A stretch of 64,000 nucleotides of DNA, taken from positions 624,602 through 688,601 of the forward strand of contig JAEXAB010000003.1 in the NCBI GenBank assembly GCA_023394875.1, in the 5' to 3' direction. Both the position numbers and the translations under genes were made by a program. This DNA is from Bacillota bacterium (GTDB lineage: Bacteria; Bacillota; Clostridia; Christensenellales; DTU072). Positions 57,092 to 64,000 of this stretch are shown here, piece after piece. Position 1 is the first letter of the stretch, and every line of letters begins with the position of its first letter. Under the pieces are notes generated by a model. It saw only the letters and a list, made by a program, of their open reading frames with translations. It did not search any database and was not told the DNA's origin.

Positions 57092-57931
57092 TTAAAGTAA
57101 ACTAGCGTTAATATTATAAAATATCGGTGATTCACAATAATCTATATTGGCTTTTATACGTAATTGGATTGTCTCTGCGCTACCAAAAACTATGCCAGCG
57201 GAAGTATAATTCTGCCAAACGACTTCGGATGTATCATTCGCGTTGACTAGAGCATATTCATAATTTACTACAGGGTTAGACAGGGTGTAGTTATAGTCGT
57301 CGCCTGTTTTTGCAACTTCTAGCTTCTTTAGTATCAAAGCCGTTCCGTCTGCGCTTAAATAATAAATATTATTTACAAATTGCATTTCTTCGCTACCGCT
57401 TGTAGTATATGCCCAACCGTTTGTTTCGGAATTAACTAAGCCGCTTTGGGGAATATCTCTACGCATTTCTCCAGTTGACGAGCGTGTTTCGGCAATAGAA
57501 GTTATTGCCTTATAACTATCACTTTCTATATCGTAGATATTTTTTACTTTGTAGCTGTATGGCGCGCTCAAGGGGCTTTCCTTGTATATAGTCGCTCCGC
57601 CGTCTGTCTCATAAGAATCGAGCTTTGTATAAAACTTTAACGTAGAACCCACGCTAGAGCTTATCTCACTAAAGACCAAAAGCGCAGTGTTTATATGGTT
57701 CTGCTTCCAATTGGTAGGTGTGGCATCGCCAAGAGCATATCCAACAAGAATAGTTGTGTTCAAATTTGAAGCGCTAGTAGTCTCTACATATATATCTCCA
57801 AGAGAATCCTGCCTAACAGACGAAACTTGAGTAGTATTAGCCTGCTCTAACTCTATTGGGGTGGTATCGCAGCCCGCAAACACAAACACCGAAGAGATAA
57901 TAACGACTAATGCAACAATAATTTTTTTCAT
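57092..57931 (-). CDS. lipoprotein of unknown function
   Basis: ORF 57092..58042. I prefer the start at 57931 (MKKIIVALVVIISSVFVFAGC, lipobox). Confidence 0.75.
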   Translation of the reverse strand: MKKIIVALVVIISSVFVFAGCDTTPIELEQANTTQVSSVRQDSLGDIYVETTSASNLNTTILVGYALGDATPTNWKQNHINTALLVFSEISSSVGSTLKFYTKLDSYETDGGATIYKESPLSAPYSYKVKNIYDIESDSYKAITSIAETRSSTGEMRRDIPQSGLVNSETNGWAYTTSGSEEMQFVNNIYYLSADGTALILKKLEVAKTGDDYNYTLSNPVVNYEYALVNANDTSEVVWQNYTSAGIVFGSAETIQLRIKANIDYCESPIFYNINASLL

Positions 57932-58100
57932 AAAAGACCTTCTCTTAATAATTATTTTATAAAAGAAGTATAACAAACAATTACTACTTTGTAAATGCTT
58001 ATTTGCATAGCATATAGGCGTTTTAATCATATACCTACCCATTCAAAGTGCAAAAAAATATTCCCGCTTTTTTTATCAGGAATATTGCATTTATATCTTT

Positions 58101-58430
58101 TTATTTCACTTTTGGCTTTTTTACCCTTTTCTTTGGCACCGCCGTAACTTTTTCTAACAACAAAATCACTTCCTTTGCCAAATCCTTATCCTCTACATCA
58201 AGTATATAATGCTCCTTTGCCCCATCGTAAGGAAAGCCTGATTGTGCGTTTGCCATTATTTGATTAATACAATCTGCCTTTTTAACAAATACCGTATTAT
58301 CACACACCAAAAGTATTGGCTTATCACTCACATAAACCATATACTCCCCAAACATCTTTTTATACCTAATTTCCCCGATATCAAATATCTGCTCACACAC
58401 AAAATCTATATATTCTTTAGTCGTCGCCAC
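58101..58430 (-). CDS. TfoX N-terminal-domain-like protein
   Basis: 109 aa. MATTKEYIDFVCEQI..RYKKMFGEYMVYVSDKPILLVCDNTVFVK resembles the TfoX/Sxy N-domain pattern (..MFGG.G+Y..). Confidence 0.55.
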   Translation of the reverse strand: MATTKEYIDFVCEQIFDIGEIRYKKMFGEYMVYVSDKPILLVCDNTVFVKKADCINQIMANAQSGFPYDGAKEHYILDVEDKDLAKEVILLLEKVTAVPKKRVKKPKVK

Positions 58431-58563
58431 CTATTTATCCCTCCGTTAACTTAATTATCATTATATAGTATAGGACAAAAAAAATCTAGAATAATTTGCC
58501 ATCTTGACTGCAAACTTGCTATATGCTATTGTAAAAACAATGATAATTATGTGAGGGGGATTT

Positions 58564-59379
58564 ATGATTGAACTACCTGAAGGAATTACGCTTGCTAAGC
58601 AAATAAACGATTGTTTGATTGGCAAAACAGTAAAAAGTGTTTTGCCCCCCACAAAAATTCATAAGTTTTGTTGGTTTAACGGCGACCCGATAGATTATGA
58701 ATCCCGTATAAACGGCAGTACAATAGTAAGCGGAAGCGCGTTTGGGATATTTGTTGAGATAGCCTTTGACAACGGGATGCTTCTATGCTTTGATGACGGA
58801 GTAAATATTAGATATTGTGAGAATGGGGACATTCCTAAGGACTACCAACTGGCAATACATTTTTCCGACGGCTCGGCGGTTGTTTTTACTGTAGCGATGT
58901 ACGGCGGGATTGTTTTGCACGATGGCAATTATGATAATATTTATTATGCAAAAAGTAAAATAGCAATATCGCCTTTTTCTCCTGATTTTGCCAAGTATTA
59001 TTACAAGACAATGGCGGAGAGCAAGCCAACGCTATCGGCTAAGGCTTTTTTGGCAACAGAGCAAAGGTTTCCTGGGATAGGCAACGGCGTTTTGCAAGAT
59101 ATACTCTATACCGCGGGAACTAACCCAAAAACAAAAATAAGCACCCTTAGTGACAAGGATAAAACGCTTTTGCTAAATTCCATTGTGTCTGTTTTGCAAG
59201 AAATGACTGATAAGGGTGGCAGAGATACCGAAAAAGACGTGTTTGGCAACAGCGGAAATTACATAACCAAGCTGTCTAAGCTGACAGCCCATAGTTGTTG
59301 CCGTGTTTGTGGCGGAGGTATTGTTAAAGAAGCTTACCTTGGCGGCGCAGTATATTACTGCCCCGTTTGCCAAAAATAG
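58564..59379 (+). CDS. Fpg/Nei-family DNA glycosylase-like protein lacking the N-terminal Pro
   Basis: 271 aa. It starts MIELPEG where the family has MPELPEV. An H2TH-like block FPGIGNGVLQDILYTAG and a C-terminal zinc finger CRVCGG..YYCPVCQ are present. Confidence 0.7.
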   Translation: MIELPEGITLAKQINDCLIGKTVKSVLPPTKIHKFCWFNGDPIDYESRINGSTIVSGSAFGIFVEIAFDNGMLLCFDDGVNIRYCENGDIPKDYQLAIHFSDGSAVVFTVAMYGGIVLHDGNYDNIYYAKSKIAISPFSPDFAKYYYKTMAESKPTLSAKAFLATEQRFPGIGNGVLQDILYTAGTNPKTKISTLSDKDKTLLLNSIVSVLQEMTDKGGRDTEKDVFGNSGNYITKLSKLTAHSCCRVCGGGIVKEAYLGGAVYYCPVCQK

Positions 59380-59545
59380 CGCAAATTACTTTTGTTATCA
59401 ACATCCCTACCGTATATTTCGGTGGGGTTGTTTGTTCTTAATCTGACTTTTATCTAATAGAAATATCTACTAAGAACATCTCTTTGTCATGGCTACATAT
59501 TATGGATTGAACAACCTATTTTTTTTAGCACAAGGAGACTTACAA

Positions 59546-60163
59546 ATGGCAATAATTGACCAATATAATCTGAAAGCCAGTACGCCTTTCCCTATATCAG
59601 GCACAGAAGAAATAACTAAGGATTTGGCACTAAGCGCAAGCATAGCTAGTGCCGCGGGCGTAGTAACAGGCATCGTCACTTCGGGCGGCTCGCCCATACA
59701 GGGCGCAACGGTAAAGCTTTATGATGTCAATGACAATCCGATTGCGCACGATATTGCCAACCCTCAAGGCAGGCATACTCTCGCAGGTATTCCCCCAGGC
59801 CCCTACAAAATCACAGTTTCAATGCCAGGGTACCTTACTCCCATACCAATCCCATTAACCGTTGCTCCCACCCGTCCGACAACTGTCAATATTGCGCTAA
59901 CAGTCGACCCCGATGCCAATAAAAGCGCTTTGTTCGGTATTATTAGTCAGGCAATAGTCTTGACTCCTCTAGAAAGCGCCCTAGTCAATATTTATGAGGA
60001 TGTGGGCGGAGAGCAAACACTGGTTTTAACCACCTTTACAAACAGTAGCGGACAATATTTTGCTCCAAGGCTAACTTCTGGAGATTATGTCGTCGTTGCA
60101 AACAAATTAGGTTATGAGCAAAACACAAGCGCTATTGTTACATTTCAAGGTGAACAGTGTTAG
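59546..60163 (+). CDS. protein with two carboxypeptidase-regulatory-like (CarboxypepD_reg) beta-sandwich domains
   Basis: ORF 59489..60163. The ATG at 59546 is preceded by GGAGA. G.V....G.PI.GATVKLYD...N.....ANPQGRHTLAGIPPGPYKITVSMPGY and a second ..SGQYFAPRLTSGDYVVVANKLGY unit are present. Confidence 0.55.
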   Translation: MAIIDQYNLKASTPFPISGTEEITKDLALSASIASAAGVVTGIVTSGGSPIQGATVKLYDVNDNPIAHDIANPQGRHTLAGIPPGPYKITVSMPGYLTPIPIPLTVAPTRPTTVNIALTVDPDANKSALFGIISQAIVLTPLESALVNIYEDVGGEQTLVLTTFTNSSGQYFAPRLTSGDYVVVANKLGYEQNTSAIVTFQGEQC

Positions 60164-60407
60164 GGAACATATCAAATTAAGCTTGAATCTTTTATGTTAT
60201 TAAATATCAAATAATCGTATGTATGGAGCAAATATGAAAGAGGCATAAAACTTTTGGCATAAAAAAAGGCATAAAATATCATTAAAAGTTAGAAAAGATG
60301 TGAAAGCTATGTAAGATATTTTAAGAAATACGAGATAAATCGCCCGAAAAGTGCAAGAAATGTCTATTTTTGTGAGTTTTGAAAGATATTTTAACGGTAG
60401 AGAGGCT

Positions 60408-60746
60408 TTGGTAAGGACGAGGTCATGGGTTCAAATCCCGTTAGCAGCTCCAAAAAGCACCGAAAACACGAGTTTTTCGGTGTTTTTCTTTGTCTGAAAC
60501 ACTAGTGGTGCAAAATGGCATAAAAAAGGCATACAGCTTTTCTCCTAAACCTTAGACCACAGTATTTTAGCAATTGCACCATTTTTTTGACCCTATTTTG
60601 AACTTAATGCATAAAAAAGGCATAAAACTTTTAGTCAACTCATCTCTACCCAATATGGACACTACTGCTATGTGCTTTGAATATCTTTTGTATCTTTTAA
60701 CTGTAAAGGCATAAATAAGGCATAAAAAAAAGAGTGGCAAGGTTTT
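60408..60746 (+). repeat. ~337-bp direct repeat, copy B (orphan tRNA-Thr 3' half plus 290 bp)
   Basis: It starts TTGGTAAGGACGAGGTCATGGGTTCAAATCCCGTTAGCAGCTCCA. No matching acceptor or D-arm lies upstream except CGGTAGAG at 60395-60402. Confidence 0.9.
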
Positions 60747-60765
60747 CCCTCGCCACTCAGCTATC

Positions 60766-61257
60766 CTATATCCTTATATATATTATCCTAATATCTCTCC
60801 CAGCTTGTCGGCAGCTGCTCTGTCGCTTGATTGTATCATATGCCGCCGCCTGAGCCTTTCCCATGTTTGCCGTCAGCTTATCAAAACTTGCGGCGGTTTG
60901 GTCGACTTTCATTTTTTGCGTCTTAGCGATTTCGTTATTTAGGCTCTTTAACTCGTTTTCTGCCTTTATAACCGACAACTCTATTTTCTTGTATTCCGCT
61001 GCGCTTATGTCACCACGGGCGAACGCTTTGTTTGCACCGTCCTGCTTTTGCTTGAGTAGTGCAACTTTCTGTGTAGCCGTGCCGACTGCCGATTGAAGAT
61101 TCTGCATCTTCTTGCTTACCGCTTCTGCATTTTTGCTGTCAAGCTTTAATGCCTTGTCGAGTTCTTTTGTTTCGGAGGTTGAAGCTTTCAGCGTCTTATT
61201 TAAGTCCTTGACCTTTCTGTCTATTTCCTCTAATGAGCGGGCAATTACAACCGCCAT
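60766..61257 (-). pseudogene. N-terminal fragment of a phage tape-measure-like protein
   Basis: The start at 61257 (MAVVIARSLEEIDRKVKDLNK..) is preceded by GGAGGTGA. It is alanine/lysine-rich coiled coil for about 145 aa, then turns into unrelated sequence (..SSCRQAGRDIRIIYIRI) within about 50 nt of repeat copy B. Confidence 0.5.
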
Positions 61258-61407
61258 ATAAATCACCTCCCTGATTTTTGGGTATGAAAAAAGCGGCCTC
61301 TTTGTACACGTTGACAAAAGCCCTTAAAAAGGAAAAGAGGATCTGAAAGCCAAATCCTCTTTTTATTGCTTAAATACAGAGCGTTAAAAGTCGCTTTATC
61401 TCTCTAA

Positions 61408-61965
61408 TTATTCTGGAGTAAATTCATAGTAGTTTAAGCAAAAATATATGCCTATCTTAATGGTATTAATTAATTTTTCTTTTTCACTTATTTTCTGCAT
61501 ATCTACAGACGCTAAATATTCGCAACTTTTCTGTCCTTCATGTGAATAGATAATTGCGCCGTTTAATGTTGCGGCAACGTTGGTGAAGAAAGACGGAGTT
61601 GCACCATATGTCGTTGCGATTTGTCTTATTTTATCGCTTTCGTTTCCATATATAAGAAAGGAATAACCGCGCGCTTTTATATCAGCAATTCGTTCATCGG
61701 TAAACCATTCCGCTACGGCTACCACGATATTTATCTGTGTTGTAAGATTGTCCGGCAATTCATTCCGTATTATTTTTACTTTTAGAAAACCCGGTAATTT
61801 TGGCAAACCTTCCTCAATTACGACAATAGTGATGTCCTTATTGTTGTCTTTAATCTTCTTATCGACATAGTTGCTATTGCCGCAAGCAGTTAACGAAACA
61901 CACACAACAGTTATGAACAGCATTATAAGAAGGGCTTTGCCCGCTAATTTGCATCTTTCAATCAT
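61408..61965 (-). CDS. lipoprotein of unknown function (partner of the upstream secreted protein)
   Basis: 185 aa, lipobox SLTAC. Its ATG overlaps the upstream stop (ATGA). Confidence 0.7.
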   Translation of the reverse strand: MIERCKLAGKALLIMLFITVVCVSLTACGNSNYVDKKIKDNNKDITIVVIEEGLPKLPGFLKVKIIRNELPDNLTTQINIVVAVAEWFTDERIADIKARGYSFLIYGNESDKIRQIATTYGATPSFFTNVAATLNGAIIYSHEGQKSCEYLASVDMQKISEKEKLINTIKIGIYFCLNYYEFTPE

Positions 61966-63107
61966 AAACTAATTGGGAAAAGAATGTTGGTTTGGTTCAA
62001 TACCGTTTGTGAGTAGTTCTGATTCCAAAGTGTGTTTTTGGAGTTAACTACAACCGAAAGAACTCTTTGCATTCCGACATTCCCTAACGAATTGTTAACC
62101 TGTGCAATCACATAGCTATTCAGCCACATGGTACCTTTCGCGTAGTTACCCGAAAAAGTATATCCCAAAGTAACCGTGTCGTTCGCCCCGAATAAATTCG
62201 AGGTATCTAAAACCACGACATCGCTCGAGGAGTATGACATGCTTTCAGAATATCCGAAGTTAATTGAACCTGTGGTACCTGCTGACCCGCCAATAGTTGT
62301 GGTTTGTCCTGTGGTGGTAGACCCTTGCGTTGAGTGTGGCGCGTATTCGATGTACTCAGAAGGAATTGTGCTGTTATACGCTCGGATATTTTGATACGAG
62401 GCGCTTACACCAGTAATGTGGGAATCCAACGGCACAAGGCAAAACACGGTAAGTTGAGCAAAAAACTTACCGTTAAGTGCATCAACATACATGTTCACCA
62501 TTTTTGTAGTTGCTTGATAGATATCTTTGGTGGAGCCGAAAAGACTAACCTTGCCCCGCATGATTGTGGTGGTTTCACTCCAAATACCATATGTTTGCCA
62601 GATATTTGTGTCAAAGCTAAAATCGTGGGCAATGTATATGAGGGATTGCGTCCCTGCTTGAGAAAACATTGAATTTTTGAAATTAGCTATGGCCTTAGAT
62701 TGCAAAGTCCCCCAATCAAGGTTAATATCTTGGAGATACTTGGCTTCTGCGGCAGAAACAAGAAGGGCATCGGAAGACGCTTCCAGATGTACAACAGTCA
62801 TACCCGATGGAAGAGGTAAAAAGGCAATTGCGTAAGGATATTCCGAGGAGCTATCTATACTGCCGACATAATCTCTCATAATGCTCGCATACTGATCATA
62901 TGTAGCTATTTTTACAATGGCTATCTCATTGGGAGCGGCGATATAATCGTCTAACTGTGCTATATTTATTATTTTAGCTTCCATACCAATTGTGCTTGCG
63001 TTCGCCATTTCGATACTGGGAGCAAAGAGCAAACTAAAAGTCATTGCCAATACGACAAAAAGACCGACAGCAATAGCAACTTTGAATTTTTGTATACATT
63101 TATTCAT
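61962..63107 (-). CDS. secreted protein of unknown function with Ser/Thr/Gly-rich segment
   Basis: ORF 61962..63140. I prefer the start at 63107 (MNKCIQKFKVAIAVGLFVVLAMTFSLLFAPSIEMANA|S) with AAGGA upstream. Segment GSTTTGQTTTIGGSAGTTGSINFGYSESMSYSSS is present. Confidence 0.75.
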   Translation of the reverse strand: MNKCIQKFKVAIAVGLFVVLAMTFSLLFAPSIEMANASTIGMEAKIINIAQLDDYIAAPNEIAIVKIATYDQYASIMRDYVGSIDSSSEYPYAIAFLPLPSGMTVVHLEASSDALLVSAAEAKYLQDINLDWGTLQSKAIANFKNSMFSQAGTQSLIYIAHDFSFDTNIWQTYGIWSETTTIMRGKVSLFGSTKDIYQATTKMVNMYVDALNGKFFAQLTVFCLVPLDSHITGVSASYQNIRAYNSTIPSEYIEYAPHSTQGSTTTGQTTTIGGSAGTTGSINFGYSESMSYSSSDVVVLDTSNLFGANDTVTLGYTFSGNYAKGTMWLNSYVIAQVNNSLGNVGMQRVLSVVVNSKNTLWNQNYSQTVLNQTNILFPISL

Positions 63108-63183
63108 AATAACATCCTTATATTGTGGTGTTTTAATCATACCATGAAAAATTACTTGAAAATGGGGTGTTTTTAGTGAGAAT

Positions 63184-63594
63184 TTAGGTGTTTTTGTTAA
63201 TTCTTGTCGTTAACATTTCAAACCTCCACGCCGCTCGGTCGTCAAGCCCTTTTAGCTTTCGTATCGCTTTTGTTATGAAACGACGTGGTTTTATTGTGGA
63301 GCTACCGCTGTTTAGAATGTTTGCAATCTTAGCATAGGGTGTACCGTCTGGTGCATTGCCTTCATATTCCAAGCGGTAACCGTAGCGTTTACCGCCTGGA
63401 AGTTTAGTCCTTTTAAGGCTTGACTTAAGGCCGCCTGTTGCTTCGGGTGTATTGTCTTGTAGCTCACATTCCACACCGTCCGTTTCCAAGTCAATTTGCT
63501 CTTTCAGGCTTTCAATCACTATTTCGCCAACTTTTCCTATATTATTGAAATAGTTGCCGAGGGCTTCGGTTAGTCCGTCATTGTATTCGTTCAT
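63184..63594 (-). CDS. HK97 gp10-family phage tail/neck component
   Basis: 136 aa. ..TPEATGGLKSSL..YRLEYEG..TPYAKIANILNSGSSTIKPRRFITKA.. fits the gp10 pattern (TG.L..S .. YA..+E.G .. P..F+..A). Confidence 0.65.
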   Translation of the reverse strand: MNEYNDGLTEALGNYFNNIGKVGEIVIESLKEQIDLETDGVECELQDNTPEATGGLKSSLKRTKLPGGKRYGYRLEYEGNAPDGTPYAKIANILNSGSSTIKPRRFITKAIRKLKGLDDRAAWRFEMLTTRINKNT

Positions 63595-63827
63595 AGCCTG
63601 GTCCTCCCGCTCTTTGTCATTTCGGCTACGGTCATGGGCGCATTCTTTCTAACATTCTTGCCGTCAACCGCTTGCAAAGCCTTGCTATCTATTTCCGCAG
63701 TATAATTCAAAAGGTCGAACAAAACATTAAGTCCCATATCGCCGATGTGAACGGTTACTCCGGTCTTTATGCTTGTATATAGAAGCTGCGTTGTAAAGTC
63801 CGTTTCTATATTGGAGTTAAAGCCCAC
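63591..63827 (-). CDS. small phage morphogenesis protein (head-tail joining region), unassigned
   Basis: 78 aa with a GTG start. It overlaps both neighbours (11 nt upstream, 4 nt downstream), as in phage late operons. Confidence 0.5.
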   Translation of the reverse strand: MGFNSNIETDFTTQLLYTSIKTGVTVHIGDMGLNVLFDLLNYTAEIDSKALQAVDGKNVRKNAPMTVAEMTKSGRTRL

Positions 63828-64000
63828 CTCCGCTGTTTTGGGTCTTTCTGTTCTTGTCGGTTATAACCAGCGACAAAAACTCCATGAGTTCTGATACAAT
63901 CACCTTGTCGGCTATCCACCAGGGCGGTATCTCTACAATTAATTCGGTAACATCGGGTTTTGCCGGATACTTCGCTGTTGCCATTAAAGCAGCTAAAAAG
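63817..64000 (-). CDS. phage head-tail connector-like protein, C-terminal part (5' end beyond the window)
   Basis: Not in the ORF track. The open frame to the window edge reads ..LAALMATAKYPAKPDVTELIVEIPPWWIADKVIVSELMEFLSLVITDKNRKTQNSGGGL*. The functional label rests on position only. Confidence 0.4.
   Translation of the reverse strand, partial: FLAALMATAKYPAKPDVTELIVEIPPWWIADKVIVSELMEFLSLVITDKNRKTQNSGGGL

Larger units (their letters stand above)
60747..64000 (-). mobile_element. prophage remnant (siphovirus-type head-tail joining/tail genes), continues beyond the right edge
   Basis: On the minus strand there are a connector-like partial ORF, a small overlapping ORF, an HK97-gp10-like gene and a truncated tape-measure-like ORF. 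Gene overlaps are typical of phage late operons. Confidence 0.6.

Noticed and set aside
47346-60407. Search for an integrase, excisionase or transposase inside the island
   Set aside because: None of the tracked ORFs shows the R..HxxR..Y tyrosine-recombinase, serine-recombinase or DDE signatures. Mobility of the island therefore remains unproven.
61962-63140. 392-aa ORF as phage major tail or tail-terminator protein (by position)
   Set aside because: It has a clear Sec signal peptide and is coupled to a lipoprotein gene. Virion tail proteins are not Sec-exported. It is treated as non-structural cargo instead.

Overview
Low-GC, Firmicutes/Clostridia-like chromosomal window. Markers include gltX, pepV, luxS, rmuC, DnaD/DnaI-type helicase loaders, radC, metF-metH, tmRNA and 5 tRNAs. 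About 55 protein genes are supportable. All functional calls come from motif recognition by eye; no database search or folding program was available.

The left ~46 kb is mostly core metabolism and transport. It is interspersed with large secreted proteins and lipoproteins of unknown function, including a 2016-aa surface protein. A cobalamin riboswitch (minus strand, ~15898-16032) precedes a DUF4430-type lipoprotein plus an ECF S-component-like gene.

The right ~17 kb is accessory. The tRNA-Thr(GGT) gene (46979-47054) looks like an integration hotspot:
- It is preceded by tandem 123-bp units, each ending in a truncated 5' half of the same tRNA.
- A ~337-bp repeat that starts in its anticodon loop recurs at 60408-60746.
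- The two repeat copies bracket a ~13-kb island. It carries a 2076-aa beta-helix/InlB-B-repeat surface protein whose cytoplasmic tail ends in a ribosomal-protein-uL15-like domain, a LytTR two-component system and an Fpg-like glycosylase.
- A degraded siphovirus-type prophage remnant follows, carrying a secreted-protein/lipoprotein gene pair.

Comparable 3'-end duplications sit behind tmRNA and tRNA-Val. Other oddities are a Rad50/SbcC-like zinc-hook coiled-coil protein with all ATPase motifs degenerate next to radC, and a 26-codon Ile/Leu/Val-rich leader ORF plus terminator ahead of an acyl-CoA synthetase. I saw no CRISPR array, rRNA, integrase or transposase ORF in the window.
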